Position numbers and translations under genes: made by a program. DNA of 64,000 bases, taken from the NCBI GenBank assembly GCA_051748045.1, contig JBNJGY010000002.1:55498-119497 (forward strand), written 5' to 3'. Shown here piece by piece: positions 29,386 to 39,696 of this stretch (position 1 is its first letter; each line of letters begins with the position of its first letter). The stretch is from Thermotogota bacterium (lineage in GTDB: Bacteria; Thermotogota; Thermotogae; Petrotogales; Petrotogaceae). A model generated the notes under the pieces. That model saw only the letters and a list, made by a program, of their open reading frames with translations, made no database searches and was not told where the DNA came from.

Positions 29386-29414
29386 TTGTAAAATATAACT
29401 ATATGTAGTATAAT
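29386..29414 (+). promoter_or_regulatory. Sigma70 promoter of the udk operon
   Basis: TTGTAA-17 bp-TATAAT. Confidence 0.65.
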
Positions 29415-29447
29415 ATGTCAGAAAAAGTCAAAAAGAGGTGAAGCTTA

Positions 29448-30074
29448 TTGGTCCTCGTTGCTATAGTTGGTGGAAGTGGTTCTGGGAAGACAAGTGTTAC
29501 GAAAAATATTGTAGATCATTTTGGTGAAAGAGCTTCAATGCTTAATATGGATGATTATTATAAAGATTTACCTCCACAGGTTAATCCATATGAATTTAAT
29601 TTTGATGATCCTAAAGCCTTTGATTTTTCACTTTTGAGAGATCATTTGAAAGCATTGAAAGAAGGCAAACAAATAGAAATGCCTGTTTATAATATGGTTA
29701 CATTCAGAAGAGAAGAGGGTGTTACTAGAACGTTTAAACCAAATGATTTAATTTTGGTAGAGGGTATATTTACTCTTCATGATGATAAAATAGCTAATAT
29801 GTTTGATTTTTCGGTTTATATCGATGCCCCTTCAGATGAAAGACTCATTAGAAGGATAGAAAGAGACACAATAGAAAGAGGAAGAACTGTTGAAAGCATT
29901 TTATCTCAATATAGAAAATTTGTTGCTCCATCCTTTAAATCATTTATAGAACCCCAAAAATTCAAATGTGATATAGTTTTACCAGAAGGTGTAAATAACA
30001 TAAAAGGAATGAATATTATAAAAAATGCAATAGAAAGGATGCTTGAAACAAAATCACAGGAGGGAGATCAATGA
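29448..30074 (+). CDS. udk: Uridine kinase
   Basis: GGSGSGKT, MDDYYK, NFDDPKAFD, VEGI, RRIERD. Confidence 0.93.
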   Translation: MVLVAIVGGSGSGKTSVTKNIVDHFGERASMLNMDDYYKDLPPQVNPYEFNFDDPKAFDFSLLRDHLKALKEGKQIEMPVYNMVTFRREEGVTRTFKPNDLILVEGIFTLHDDKIANMFDFSVYIDAPSDERLIRRIERDTIERGRTVESILSQYRKFVAPSFKSFIEPQKFKCDIVLPEGVNNIKGMNIIKNAIERMLETKSQEGDQ

Positions 30075-32026
30075 AAAAAAGTCTAATATTTTTGCTGATA
30101 ATATTAACAAGTATAGCCGCATTATCTTTTAATGTGAACAAGGTAAAAGATTTATATACATCTTTCATAGACGAATACTCTAATTTAGATGAATATATTT
30201 TAGAAGGAAGAGAAGGAGAATTAGAGGATTTTGCAACAAAATTAGATAATTTAGGTGCTTATAGATTCTACAGAAATATAATGATAGGAACAGCAGAATA
30301 CACAGATAGACCTTCTAATATACAAAGGTATTTATCAGATTTACATGGCTTATTAGAGTTTGAATCTCCAGAGGAAAGGTTGGCTTATGCGGGTTTTTTA
30401 GGATATATTCAATCTCAGTTATCAGGAGAAAGATTATCTAGAGAAACGATTAGATCCTTACCAGCTTATTTTACAACAGTTCAAGATTATAAGAACAATT
30501 TAGAAAATGATGCTTTAACATATATGGGGAATGTCGTTGCTTATGCTTTAGGAATATTTGATGAATCTCCATATAAAGATATAAAAAGATATGATTCTGA
30601 TGCAGAAATTTCTAATAAAGATTATTATTTCTACGAAGGAGAACCACAAGATAATTATGATGAAATAATAACAGAAAATAAAGAAACTTTAAATGAAGAA
30701 ATTCAGAAACTTTACGATGAAGAATTAACTGGCCAAGATTTAGAATTTGCAATTGATGATATTTCTTATATGTTTATAGGAGAAATAAATGATTTGGTTG
30801 ATCAACAAGTTCAAGAATCTTTAAATATGTTTGTTGAGGAAGGCGATAAGGCATTTGCTTTTGGCAATTTTAGATGGCTAATATATTTAGTGGTTATTCT
30901 TTTGGTTTTCTTTATGTTTAGAAAATTATTAACTCCAGTATTTTTAGCTATATATTCTTTTGAAATTATTTATTTAATTTTTATATTCAATCCGATACAA
31001 GATTTAATAAGTTCTTTTATTTATGGTTCTTATGTTATATTAGCAACTGCAATCTTTTTTATAGCTTCATTATTAAAAGCTTTTGGAAGAGATGTTCATA
31101 TATATGAGAGGTTTAAAAATATTGTAGTTTTCATTTCTATAATATTGATTATTACTTTACCAACATATTCATTTTATGATTTAATGATGCAGAATAACTC
31201 AGAGTTTAAAGATTCAGTATTTGAGAATCAGCTATTAAATGACACTATTGTTTATAGTCATTCTCCTTCTCAAAGAACAATAAATTCTTTGAAATCTGAT
31301 TTAGGTACTGAATATTCTGCAATTAGAGATATTTATAATTCAGAATTTAGAAACTTTCTTGAAGCATCATTTGAAAATAATATTTATCAAGAAATTTATG
31401 CTGATGATTTAGAAATAGATGTGATTATTAATAGAGAGGGTTTAAGCTATAAAAATGTAGATGATTATAGAAGCTCTGCTAATTCATATGCTAACTCTAT
31501 AAATGAAGTCCTTGACAGCGCAGAATTGAGAATTAGTAGAATTGAAGGGAATTTTAGTGCTTTAGAAGTAAATATTGAGAATGTTTTGAAATATTCAAGT
31601 GACGGATTCGAACAAAAATTTAAGAATCAAGTGGAAAATTTTTTTGAAACAAGTTCTGTTTTAAAAGATATTGATATTAGTTCTTATTTTAATGTAGAAA
31701 AACTTGAAAGCATAGATCTAAAATTATATAATACAGTTTATGGAACAATTATATTAGTTATCTTTTTATTTTCTCTACTATTATATGTTATCTTTGAAAA
31801 CAAAATTATAAAAATATTTACTACTGTAGGTATGGTAATAGCTTCGATTATGGCATTTATTACCCCTCAAATAATTACTGTTATACCTCAGTTAAAATAT
31901 CCATTATTGTATTCAGAAGATTATTCTGTTAATATGATAATAGGAGGATTAATGTTATTAATAACTATTTTAATTCAAATAAAAAAAGAAAAAGATCTCA
32001 GTGAACAATTAGATAAGGAAAATTAA
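30071..32026 (+). CDS. Hypothetical multi-pass membrane protein with two large extracytoplasmic helical domains
   Basis: Signal peptide, acidic domain, ~4 TM, second soluble domain, ~3 TM; overlaps the udk stop. Confidence 0.7.
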   Translation: MKKSLIFLLIILTSIAALSFNVNKVKDLYTSFIDEYSNLDEYILEGREGELEDFATKLDNLGAYRFYRNIMIGTAEYTDRPSNIQRYLSDLHGLLEFESPEERLAYAGFLGYIQSQLSGERLSRETIRSLPAYFTTVQDYKNNLENDALTYMGNVVAYALGIFDESPYKDIKRYDSDAEISNKDYYFYEGEPQDNYDEIITENKETLNEEIQKLYDEELTGQDLEFAIDDISYMFIGEINDLVDQQVQESLNMFVEEGDKAFAFGNFRWLIYLVVILLVFFMFRKLLTPVFLAIYSFEIIYLIFIFNPIQDLISSFIYGSYVILATAIFFIASLLKAFGRDVHIYERFKNIVVFISIILIITLPTYSFYDLMMQNNSEFKDSVFENQLLNDTIVYSHSPSQRTINSLKSDLGTEYSAIRDIYNSEFRNFLEASFENNIYQEIYADDLEIDVIINREGLSYKNVDDYRSSANSYANSINEVLDSAELRISRIEGNFSALEVNIENVLKYSSDGFEQKFKNQVENFFETSSVLKDIDISSYFNVEKLESIDLKLYNTVYGTIILVIFLFSLLLYVIFENKIIKIFTTVGMVIASIMAFITPQIITVIPQLKYPLLYSEDYSVNMIIGGLMLLITILIQIKKEKDLSEQLDKEN

Positions 32027-32067
32027 TTCCTTAATCAATTATTAATCAAAAGGGGAGGTAGTAAATT

Positions 32068-33165
32068 ATGAAAAAGTTAGCTGTTTTAGCTTTAGTTTTA
32101 ACACTTATAGTTAGTTCTTTCGCTTTAAAAGCGATCATGGTTACAGATACCGGTGGTTTAGGAGACAAATCTTTCAATGACGGTACTTGGAGAGGTATGC
32201 TTCAAGCAGAAGAAGAACTTAATGCAGAAGTTGACTACATAGTTTCAAAAGAACAAACTGATTACGTAAGTAACCTTACAAATGCTGCTCAAGAGGCAGA
32301 CGTTGTTGTTGGTGTTGGATTTTTAATGGCAGATGCATTATTTAATGTAGCTCCACAATTCCCAGATACAAGATTCATAGGAATTGATATATCTCCATCA
32401 GAAGGTCAAACAGTTCCTAGCAATTTAGCTCTTTATATCTTTAAAGAAGAACAAACAACATTCTTAGCAGGATATTTAGCAGCTTCAATGACAAAAACTG
32501 GCACATTAGGTTATGTCGGTGGAATTGAAATACCACCTGTTGTAAGATTGGAATTAGGATACAGAGCAGGGGTAAAAGCATATAACCAAATTCACAATAC
32601 AAATATAGAAGTTATTACAGGATATTCTGGCGGATTCGGAGAACCTGCAAAGGGTAAACAAATGGCCATGTCTCAATATGAACAAGGAGCAGACATTATA
32701 TTCCATGCTGCCGGCGCAACTGGAAACGGTGTTATAGATGCTTCAAGAGAAGTAGGGGCAGAACACTTAGACTTATCTACTGATGCTAATTTAAAAGAAG
32801 TTATAGATGCTTATTACAATAAAGGTTCAGGATATTTTTCAATTGGTGTTGACTCAGACCAAGATTATTTAGCTCCTGGATATGTATTAGCTTCTGCAAT
32901 GAAAAGAGTAGACCAAGCAGCTTTCTTAGGTATTAGATCAGCTAGATCAGCAAGAGCCTTTCAATCAGGTTTAAATGTACTTGGTTTTAATCAAGATGGT
33001 GTAGGTTTATCACCTATGAAATATACAAAAGGTTTAGTTCCATCAAACATTTTTGCTGAATTATCATATTTAAGATCAATTGTAGAAACAGACGAATTAG
33101 TAATTCCTGATACAAGAGATAAATTTGGTGTATTTGACGCATCAGATGTTGAATTTCCATTCTGA
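32068..33165 (+). CDS. BMP-family ABC substrate-binding protein (nucleoside type)
   Basis: GGLGDKSFND, GYLAA, GADIIFHAAG, IGVDSDQ, SAMKRVD. Confidence 0.93.
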   Translation: MKKLAVLALVLTLIVSSFALKAIMVTDTGGLGDKSFNDGTWRGMLQAEEELNAEVDYIVSKEQTDYVSNLTNAAQEADVVVGVGFLMADALFNVAPQFPDTRFIGIDISPSEGQTVPSNLALYIFKEEQTTFLAGYLAASMTKTGTLGYVGGIEIPPVVRLELGYRAGVKAYNQIHNTNIEVITGYSGGFGEPAKGKQMAMSQYEQGADIIFHAAGATGNGVIDASREVGAEHLDLSTDANLKEVIDAYYNKGSGYFSIGVDSDQDYLAPGYVLASAMKRVDQAAFLGIRSARSARAFQSGLNVLGFNQDGVGLSPMKYTKGLVPSNIFAELSYLRSIVETDELVIPDTRDKFGVFDASDVEFPF

Positions 33166-33180
33166 TAAAATATTAATTAT

Positions 33181-33208
33181 AGGGATAGGTTAGCCCTATC
33201 CCTTTTTT
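33181..33208 (+). terminator. Intra-operon stem-loop/terminator after the binding-protein gene
   Basis: AGGGATAGG-ttagc-CCTATCCCTTTTTT. Confidence 0.8.
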
Positions 33209-33263
33209 AAAATATTTTTTTGAATATTTTAAAAAAGGGATGAAATATACAGGAGGTGTAACA

Positions 33264-34847
33264 ATGTCATCAAATCCTGATGTTAATATAAAGGATTACG
33301 CTGTTTATATGGATAGCATTACAAAACAGTTTCCAAAGGTATTGGCCAATGATAAAGTTGATTTAAAAGTAAAAAAAGGAGAAATACACGCTCTTATAGG
33401 AGAAAACGGAGCAGGTAAGTCGACTTTAATGAATCAATTATATGGTCTTTTCGAACCAACTTCTGGAGAAATATATATATCTGGAGAAAAAGTAGATATT
33501 GATGGTCCAAAAGAAGCAATCAAAAAAGGTATAGGAATGGTACATCAACATTTTATGTTAGTAGATAATTTAACAGTTACTGAAAATGTTATTTTAGGTT
33601 CTGAAGAAACTAAAGCTGGAAAACTTGATTTAAAAAAAGCTAGAAAAGAAGTAAAAGAATTATCAGAGCGTTATGGTCTTAAGGTTGATGTTGATGCAAA
33701 TATTGAAGATATCCCTGTAGGTATGCAACAAAGAGTTGAAATTATAAAAACCCTTTATAGAGGAGCAGATATATTAATTCTTGATGAGCCAACTGCAGTT
33801 TTAACGCCTCAAGAAATAGACGAAATATTTGAGATAATGAACAAGTTAAGAGATGATGGAAAAACAATAATTTTTATTTCTCATAAATTAAATGAAGTTA
33901 TGAAAATATCTGATAATGTTACTGTTATGAGGCTCGGGAAAGTAACGGGGGACGTTAGTATAAAGGAAACAGATGAAAAACAACTTGCTAATATGATGGT
34001 TGGAAGAGAAGTTGTTTTAAGGGTAGATAAAAAAGAAAAAAAACCTGGGGATGTTTTTGTAAAAATTGAAAATCTTAAAGTTAGAGATAATAGAAATTTA
34101 AAAGCAGTTAGAGGAATAAATTTAGAGGTTAAAAAAGGTGAAATCTTGGGTGTTGCAGGTGTTGCAGGAAATGGTCAATCAGAGTTGGTTGAAGCTTTGA
34201 CAGGCTTAAGGCAAATAGAAAGTGGAAAATATTATTATCAAGGAATTGATGTAACAAATTATAATGTTAAAGAATTAAGAGAAATGAGAGTAACACATAT
34301 ACCTGAAGATAGATATAAATATGCAATGATTCAAGAATATCCTAATTATTATAATTTGATCATGGGAAGACATGATAAAGAACCTTTTGCTTATAGGGGG
34401 TTTTTGGATCATGATAAAATATATAATTATGCTGAAAAATTAGTTAAAAATTTTGATGTAAGGCCAGCAGATATAAACCAAAATACAGGGACTCTTTCTG
34501 GAGGAAACCAACAAAAAGTTGTTATCGCTAGAGAAGTAGCAGCTGACCCTGAATTTATTGTTATTGCTCAACCTACAAGAGGGCTAGATGTAGGAGCAAT
34601 AGAATATGTTCACAATGAAATTCTTAATTTAAGAGACAAAAATGTAGCAATTCTTTTAGTTTCAATGGAATTAGAAGAAGTTTTATCTCTAAGTGATAGA
34701 ATAATCGTGATGTATGAAGGACAAATAATGGGTGAAGTAAAACCAGAAGAAGTTACTGTTGAGGAAATGGGTTTAATGATGGCAGGAAAGAAAATCAAAG
34801 ATATAAAAATGGCTTCAGAATTAGAGTCTCATGGAGGCGATAAATGA
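33264..34847 (+). CDS. Nucleoside/sugar ABC transporter ATP-binding protein (double ABC domain)
   Basis: GENGAGKSTL, LDEPT, LSGGNQQK, QPTRGLDVGA. Confidence 0.95.
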   Translation: MSSNPDVNIKDYAVYMDSITKQFPKVLANDKVDLKVKKGEIHALIGENGAGKSTLMNQLYGLFEPTSGEIYISGEKVDIDGPKEAIKKGIGMVHQHFMLVDNLTVTENVILGSEETKAGKLDLKKARKEVKELSERYGLKVDVDANIEDIPVGMQQRVEIIKTLYRGADILILDEPTAVLTPQEIDEIFEIMNKLRDDGKTIIFISHKLNEVMKISDNVTVMRLGKVTGDVSIKETDEKQLANMMVGREVVLRVDKKEKKPGDVFVKIENLKVRDNRNLKAVRGINLEVKKGEILGVAGVAGNGQSELVEALTGLRQIESGKYYYQGIDVTNYNVKELREMRVTHIPEDRYKYAMIQEYPNYYNLIMGRHDKEPFAYRGFLDHDKIYNYAEKLVKNFDVRPADINQNTGTLSGGNQQKVVIAREVAADPEFIVIAQPTRGLDVGAIEYVHNEILNLRDKNVAILLVSMELEEVLSLSDRIIVMYEGQIMGEVKPEEVTVEEMGLMMAGKKIKDIKMASELESHGGDK

Positions 34848-35926
34848 TGGCTTCAAATATAAAAAATAATAAATGGATGCCTTTTTTAGTTCCTTTATTG
34901 GCAGTTGTATTTTCATTAGTTATTGCCGCTATAATAATATTGTTAATAGGAGAAAATCCTATAACTGCTTATATAGAAATGTTTAAAGGAGCTGTAGGTT
35001 CAAGATTATCATGGGCTGATAATATTACAAAAATGACAAGTTTGCTTCTTACTGGTTTGGCAGTAGGATTTGGCTTTAGAGCAGGTGTTTTTAATATAGG
35101 GGCTGAAGGTCAAATGGCAGTTGGAGGAATCATGGCGGTTTTTGTAGGAATCAACATGGGGAATGTTCCTTCAGTGATAGCTATTCCTTTGACTTTAGCA
35201 GCTGGTATTGTTGGTGGGGCAATTTGGGCATCAATTGCTGGGTTCTTAAAGGCAAAAACTGGTGCTCATGAAGTTATTTCAACAATTATGTTGAACTGGG
35301 TTGCTTATCATTTGAGCAATTATCTTGTAGCTGGACCTTTAGCAGTTGGTCAAGGAGTACCCAAATCACCTGAAATATCAGAAAGTGCACAATTACCACC
35401 TTTAATTACTGTGCAAGCATCTACAGTTCCGTCTGGAATTTTAGTTGCATTAGTTGCAGCTGTTATCGTTTATATTATTTTACAAAAAACAACTTTAGGT
35501 TATGAACTTAAAGCTGTTGGTTATAATCCATATGCAGCAGAATATGGTGGTATTTCAATTAGTAAAAATATTGTGTTAACTATGGGGATATCAGGTGGTT
35601 TAGCAGGTTTAGCAGGAGCAGTAGAAGTTATGGGTGTTTATCATAGAATTTTTGGAGCTTTCACGGGTGACAGAGGTTTTGATGGTATTACTATAGCTTT
35701 GATTGGTCAAAATAATCCAATTGGAATTATTTTTTCTGCCTTCTTAATTTCATCACTTAGAGCGGGGTCAAATTCAATGCAAAGTGTTGGAATACCTGAT
35801 GATATAGTAACTATCATACAAGGTATTATTATATTATTTGTTGCTGGAAATAGAATCATAAAAACTTTGATCGTTAAGATGCAAAAAAATCAAAAACCTT
35901 CTCTTGAGGGTGGTGAAGATAAATGA
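34844..35926 (+). CDS. Nucleoside ABC transporter permease
   Basis: FNIGAEGQ, HEVISTIMLN, GFDGITIALIG. Confidence 0.93.
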   Translation: MMASNIKNNKWMPFLVPLLAVVFSLVIAAIIILLIGENPITAYIEMFKGAVGSRLSWADNITKMTSLLLTGLAVGFGFRAGVFNIGAEGQMAVGGIMAVFVGINMGNVPSVIAIPLTLAAGIVGGAIWASIAGFLKAKTGAHEVISTIMLNWVAYHLSNYLVAGPLAVGQGVPKSPEISESAQLPPLITVQASTVPSGILVALVAAVIVYIILQKTTLGYELKAVGYNPYAAEYGGISISKNIVLTMGISGGLAGLAGAVEVMGVYHRIFGAFTGDRGFDGITIALIGQNNPIGIIFSAFLISSLRAGSNSMQSVGIPDDIVTIIQGIIILFVAGNRIIKTLIVKMQKNQKPSLEGGEDK

Positions 35927-36873
35927 ATTGGATAGGCGCGATATTTGAATCATTAACATCTCCTCTGTTTTATAAACTGACTATATTGTCTGCTTTACCT
36001 TTAGTTTTTGCAGCAATAGGGGGAGTATTTACAGAAAAGACAGGTGTAGTTAATATTGCATTAGAAGGTATTATCAAAATGGGAGCATTCACTTCTATTG
36101 CTTTTACTTATGCAACAGGAAATATATGGATTGGATTATTTGCTGGTATAGTATCTGGTATGATACTTGCTGGAATACATGCTTATTTTTCTATAGAATG
36201 GGCTGCAAATCAAATAGTTTCAGCGACCGCTATAATAATTCTATCCCAGGGTATTGTGGGTTTCTTGATGGAACCAGTTTTTGGACAGCAAGGACAAAGT
36301 GATTTTGTTTCAAAAATACCAAATGTGAAAATTGATTTCATAAGAGAAATACCTTTTATAGGAGATATCTTTGGAAATATATCTTTATTTTTCTACATAG
36401 CAATTGGTGTAATAATTGGATCATGGTTTTTAATATATAAAACTCCTTTAGGTCTTAGAATGAGAGCAGTTGGAGAAAATCCAAAAGCTGCTGATACATT
36501 AGGTATAAGTGTAAAAGGCATAAGATATTTCGGTGTAGTTATGTCAGGTGTTATGGCTTCACTGGGAGGTATTTACTTAGCTTTAGGTGACTTAGGGCAA
36601 TTCCAGGAAGAAATGCCTGCAGGTAAAGGTTTCATTGCTTTAGCAGCAATGATTTTAGGTAACTGGAATCCTGTTGGGGCTATGTGGGCTGCGCTTTTAT
36701 TTGGAGCCTCTGAAGCTATGAATATTCAACTTCAGACATTATTAGAATTACCTTCAGCAGCAAAAGCTTTATTGAATTTATTACCGTTTGTATTAACTCT
36801 AATAGTCGTCGGTGGATTTGTTGGAAAAACAAGACCTCCAGCAGCAAGTGGAGAACCATACGAAAAAGAATAA
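35923..36873 (+). CDS. Nucleoside ABC transporter permease
   Basis: GVVNIALEG, RAVGENP, GKGFIALAAMILG. Confidence 0.93.
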   Translation: MNWIGAIFESLTSPLFYKLTILSALPLVFAAIGGVFTEKTGVVNIALEGIIKMGAFTSIAFTYATGNIWIGLFAGIVSGMILAGIHAYFSIEWAANQIVSATAIIILSQGIVGFLMEPVFGQQGQSDFVSKIPNVKIDFIREIPFIGDIFGNISLFFYIAIGVIIGSWFLIYKTPLGLRMRAVGENPKAADTLGISVKGIRYFGVVMSGVMASLGGIYLALGDLGQFQEEMPAGKGFIALAAMILGNWNPVGAMWAALLFGASEAMNIQLQTLLELPSAAKALLNLLPFVLTLIVVGGFVGKTRPPAASGEPYEKE

Positions 36874-36879
36874 TTATAT

Positions 36880-36906
36880 GCCCGCTTTTATATAAGCGGG
36901 TTTTTT
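36880..36906 (+). terminator. Intrinsic terminator
   Basis: CCCGCTT-ttatat-AAGCGGG followed by TTTTTT. Confidence 0.85.
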
Positions 36907-36941
36907 AAATTTATATATATTTTTAAGGTTTCAATGATAAA

Positions 36942-37628
36942 GTGAAGTTGGTGAGAAAAGTGATTGATTTTGATTTATACTATTATAATAAATTCAAAAA
37001 CATTATAGGTCTAGATGAAGCTGGAAGAGGACCTTTAGCAGGACCAGTTTTTACAGCTGGAGTTTTTATAGATAGTCTAGATGATTTAAAATTGATATCA
37101 AAAGTTGGGTCTGACTCAAAAAGAATATCAGAAAAAGAAAGAGAAAAAAGATTTGATTTTATAATTTCCAATTTTCAATACGATATTTATTATTCAGATG
37201 AATCTATTATAGATGAAATAAATATTTTTAAAGCGACGAATTTATCAATGATAAAAAATATAAAAAATATTAACATAAATGACCCTTTTATAATGGTTGA
37301 TGGCAAGAATTTTAACTTTAATGAGAGTTTTGAATGTATCATAAAAGGAGATGAAAAGTCGCATTTGATAGGTAGTGCATCTATTCTTGCTAAGGTATCA
37401 AGAGATAAATATATGAAAAAGTTAGATGAAAAATATCCTAAATATGAGTTTGAGAGGCATAAAGGTTATCCAACTAAAAAGCATATAGAAAACATTTTAA
37501 AGAATGGAATAATAAAAGATCACAGAATAACTTTTAATCCTATAAAAAGATTTCTTTTAGAGGATAAAATATATTATAATAGAGATGTTTTTTCTAAATA
37601 TAGGTTACTTAAAATAGGTATATTATAA
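36942..37628 (+). CDS. rnhB: Ribonuclease HII
   Basis: GLDEAGRGPLAGPV, DSK, ASILAKVSRD, HKGYPT. Confidence 0.95.
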   Translation: MKLVRKVIDFDLYYYNKFKNIIGLDEAGRGPLAGPVFTAGVFIDSLDDLKLISKVGSDSKRISEKEREKRFDFIISNFQYDIYYSDESIIDEINIFKATNLSMIKNIKNININDPFIMVDGKNFNFNESFECIIKGDEKSHLIGSASILAKVSRDKYMKKLDEKYPKYEFERHKGYPTKKHIENILKNGIIKDHRITFNPIKRFLLEDKIYYNRDVFSKYRLLKIGIL

Positions 37629-37645
37629 GGAGGCATTTTTTAAAA

Positions 37646-38347
37646 GTGAATGATAATTATTCAAAAAAATTTTTAGAGTTGCTTAAAATAATGCAGACAC
37701 TACGTGGTGAGAATGGTTGTCCATGGGATAAAAAACAAACTCATAAAACCTTGAGACCTTATGTGATAGAGGAAGCATATGAAGTTGCACATACAATTGA
37801 TAAGGAAGATTTAGATGAACTAACTGACGAATTAGGAGATTTGCTCTTACAGGTAATTTTTCATTCACAAATCGCAAAAGAAAATAATGAGTTTGATATT
37901 GGAGATGTTTTAGATAAAATAAATTCAAAAATGGTAAGAAGACATCCGCATGTTTTTAAAGAAGATGGAGAATATAGCTATGAAAGATGGGAAGAAATAA
38001 AAGCAAAAGAAAAGAAGAAAAAATCGTTTTCTATGATTGGAGAAATAAAAAAAAGTCAACCTTCCTTAATACAGTTAAGAAGGTTATTAGAAAATATTCA
38101 AGAAAATGGGATCAAACTTTTTAGTGATTCAGAAAAATTAAAAAAACTTTTTATAGAATCTATAAAAAACGAAGACACGGATAAAATTATATTATATTTT
38201 TATATATATTTTATGAACAAAGATCTAGATTTAGAAAAAGAAATTTCACAAACAACAAAAAAACTTTATAATAGTTTTACAGATTTGGAAAATAAAGAAA
38301 AAAAAGAATTATATTTTTTTGAAAAAATTATAGAAGAAAATTTTTAA
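37646..38347 (+). CDS. mazG: MazG-family nucleoside triphosphate pyrophosphohydrolase
   Basis: LRGENGCPWD, EEAYE, ELGDLLLQ, RRHPHVF; second domain degenerate. Confidence 0.9.
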   Translation: MNDNYSKKFLELLKIMQTLRGENGCPWDKKQTHKTLRPYVIEEAYEVAHTIDKEDLDELTDELGDLLLQVIFHSQIAKENNEFDIGDVLDKINSKMVRRHPHVFKEDGEYSYERWEEIKAKEKKKKSFSMIGEIKKSQPSLIQLRRLLENIQENGIKLFSDSEKLKKLFIESIKNEDTDKIILYFYIYFMNKDLDLEKEISQTTKKLYNSFTDLENKEKKELYFFEKIIEENF

Positions 38348-38366
38348 TAAACAAGGAGGAAGTATT

Positions 38367-39377
38367 GTGAGAAAAATTCTATTAATATTTTTACTATTAA
38401 CAATGTCTATTTTTTTATTTTCTTTAGATGTTCAACATGAAGAACTATCTGAAGATTTATCAATGATTGTGAATGAAGATGAAATTTCTTCAGAGGTTTT
38501 TAAGGCTAAGACAGGTGTTGTTTCCTTATTGAGCACAATAAAAAATACTAATGAAGATTTTTTTCAAACTTTAACAAATACAGCTACAGGATTAGATTTA
38601 TTGAATACCTACAATAAAAGAAAGGCACTTGAATTTTCTGGTAATGTTCTTTTTATTCAGTTTGTTGAAGAAAAAGGCATTGAATTGAATAGAGAAACAC
38701 TAAAGGAAAGTATAAATTCTCAATTTAATAATATTTTAAATGAAAGTGAATTATCAGAAGAAGATTTATCAAATTATTTAGGATCAAAGGGTTATACATC
38801 TAAAAAGGCTTATTTAGATGAACAGTATTATAATGCTCTTTATGAGAAGGCTATTCAAAGTTATTATGAACAAAAATCAAAAGAATATGATATTACAGAA
38901 GAGGAAATTCAGAAAGAATATAATGAAAATGAGAATTTATATGTAAGACCTCCTCAAGCGGAAATATCAATTATTAGATTTTCTAACTCAGATGAAGCAA
39001 GTCTCACATATAACAAAATCAGTCAAGGTTATTATAGCTTTGAAGAAGTTTTTGAGCAAAAACAATCTGAAGGTAATTCTGATAACATTAATATTAAACT
39101 TAATGTTCAGCAAAATGAATTTATAGATGAAGTTAAAAATAATGCTCCTGGTTATATATCAAAACCACAAGAGATAAGTGAAAATGAATGGATTCTTATT
39201 AAAATATTAAAAAAATCTCCCGAGAAAGAGTTGGATTTAGAAGAAGCAAAAAATCAAATAATATTTAACCTAAGAGATAAAAAGGCTAAAGATTATTTTG
39301 ATAAAATATTACCAGAAGAGTTTGAAGAATTTAAAAATAATTCAACTCTTATTCTAAATAAGAGTTTATTCTATTAA
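38367..39377 (+). CDS. PrsA/SurA-like exported foldase (degenerate parvulin domain)
   Basis: Signal peptide, ITEEEIQKEYNEN, GYISKPQE...WILIK, LEEAKNQI. Confidence 0.75.
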   Translation: MRKILLIFLLLTMSIFLFSLDVQHEELSEDLSMIVNEDEISSEVFKAKTGVVSLLSTIKNTNEDFFQTLTNTATGLDLLNTYNKRKALEFSGNVLFIQFVEEKGIELNRETLKESINSQFNNILNESELSEEDLSNYLGSKGYTSKKAYLDEQYYNALYEKAIQSYYEQKSKEYDITEEEIQKEYNENENLYVRPPQAEISIIRFSNSDEASLTYNKISQGYYSFEEVFEQKQSEGNSDNINIKLNVQQNEFIDEVKNNAPGYISKPQEISENEWILIKILKKSPEKELDLEEAKNQIIFNLRDKKAKDYFDKILPEEFEEFKNNSTLILNKSLFY

Positions 39378-39390
39378 GGAGGTTTTTTGA

Positions 39391-39696
39391 ATGCCAAAGG
39401 TAACAGAAGAACAAGTTATAAAAGCTCTAGAAAATGTTTACGATATGGAAATAGGATTTGATGTTGTTTCATTAGGCCTAATATATAACGTTGATATAGA
39501 TGATAATAATAACGTTCATGTTGATATGACTTTAACAACACCAATGTGTCCTTTAGCTGGGATGATGGTTGAAGATGCAAAAAGCAAGGTAAGCCAAGTA
39601 GAAGGTATAAATGAAGTAGATGTTGAACTAACTTTTGATCCTCCATGGGATCCTTCTAAAGCAAGTGAAGAAGTTAGAAGATTATTAGGGATATAA
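39391..39696 (+). CDS. DUF59/SufT Fe-S cluster assembly protein
   Basis: VSLGLIY, MTLTTPMCP, FDPPW. Confidence 0.92.
   Translation: MPKVTEEQVIKALENVYDMEIGFDVVSLGLIYNVDIDDNNNVHVDMTLTTPMCPLAGMMVEDAKSKVSQVEGINEVDVELTFDPPWDPSKASEEVRRLLGI

Noticed and set aside
37646-38347. MazG as an anti-phage or toxin-antitoxin component
   Set aside because: Housekeeping-type MazG in an rnhB-prmC context with no defence genes nearby
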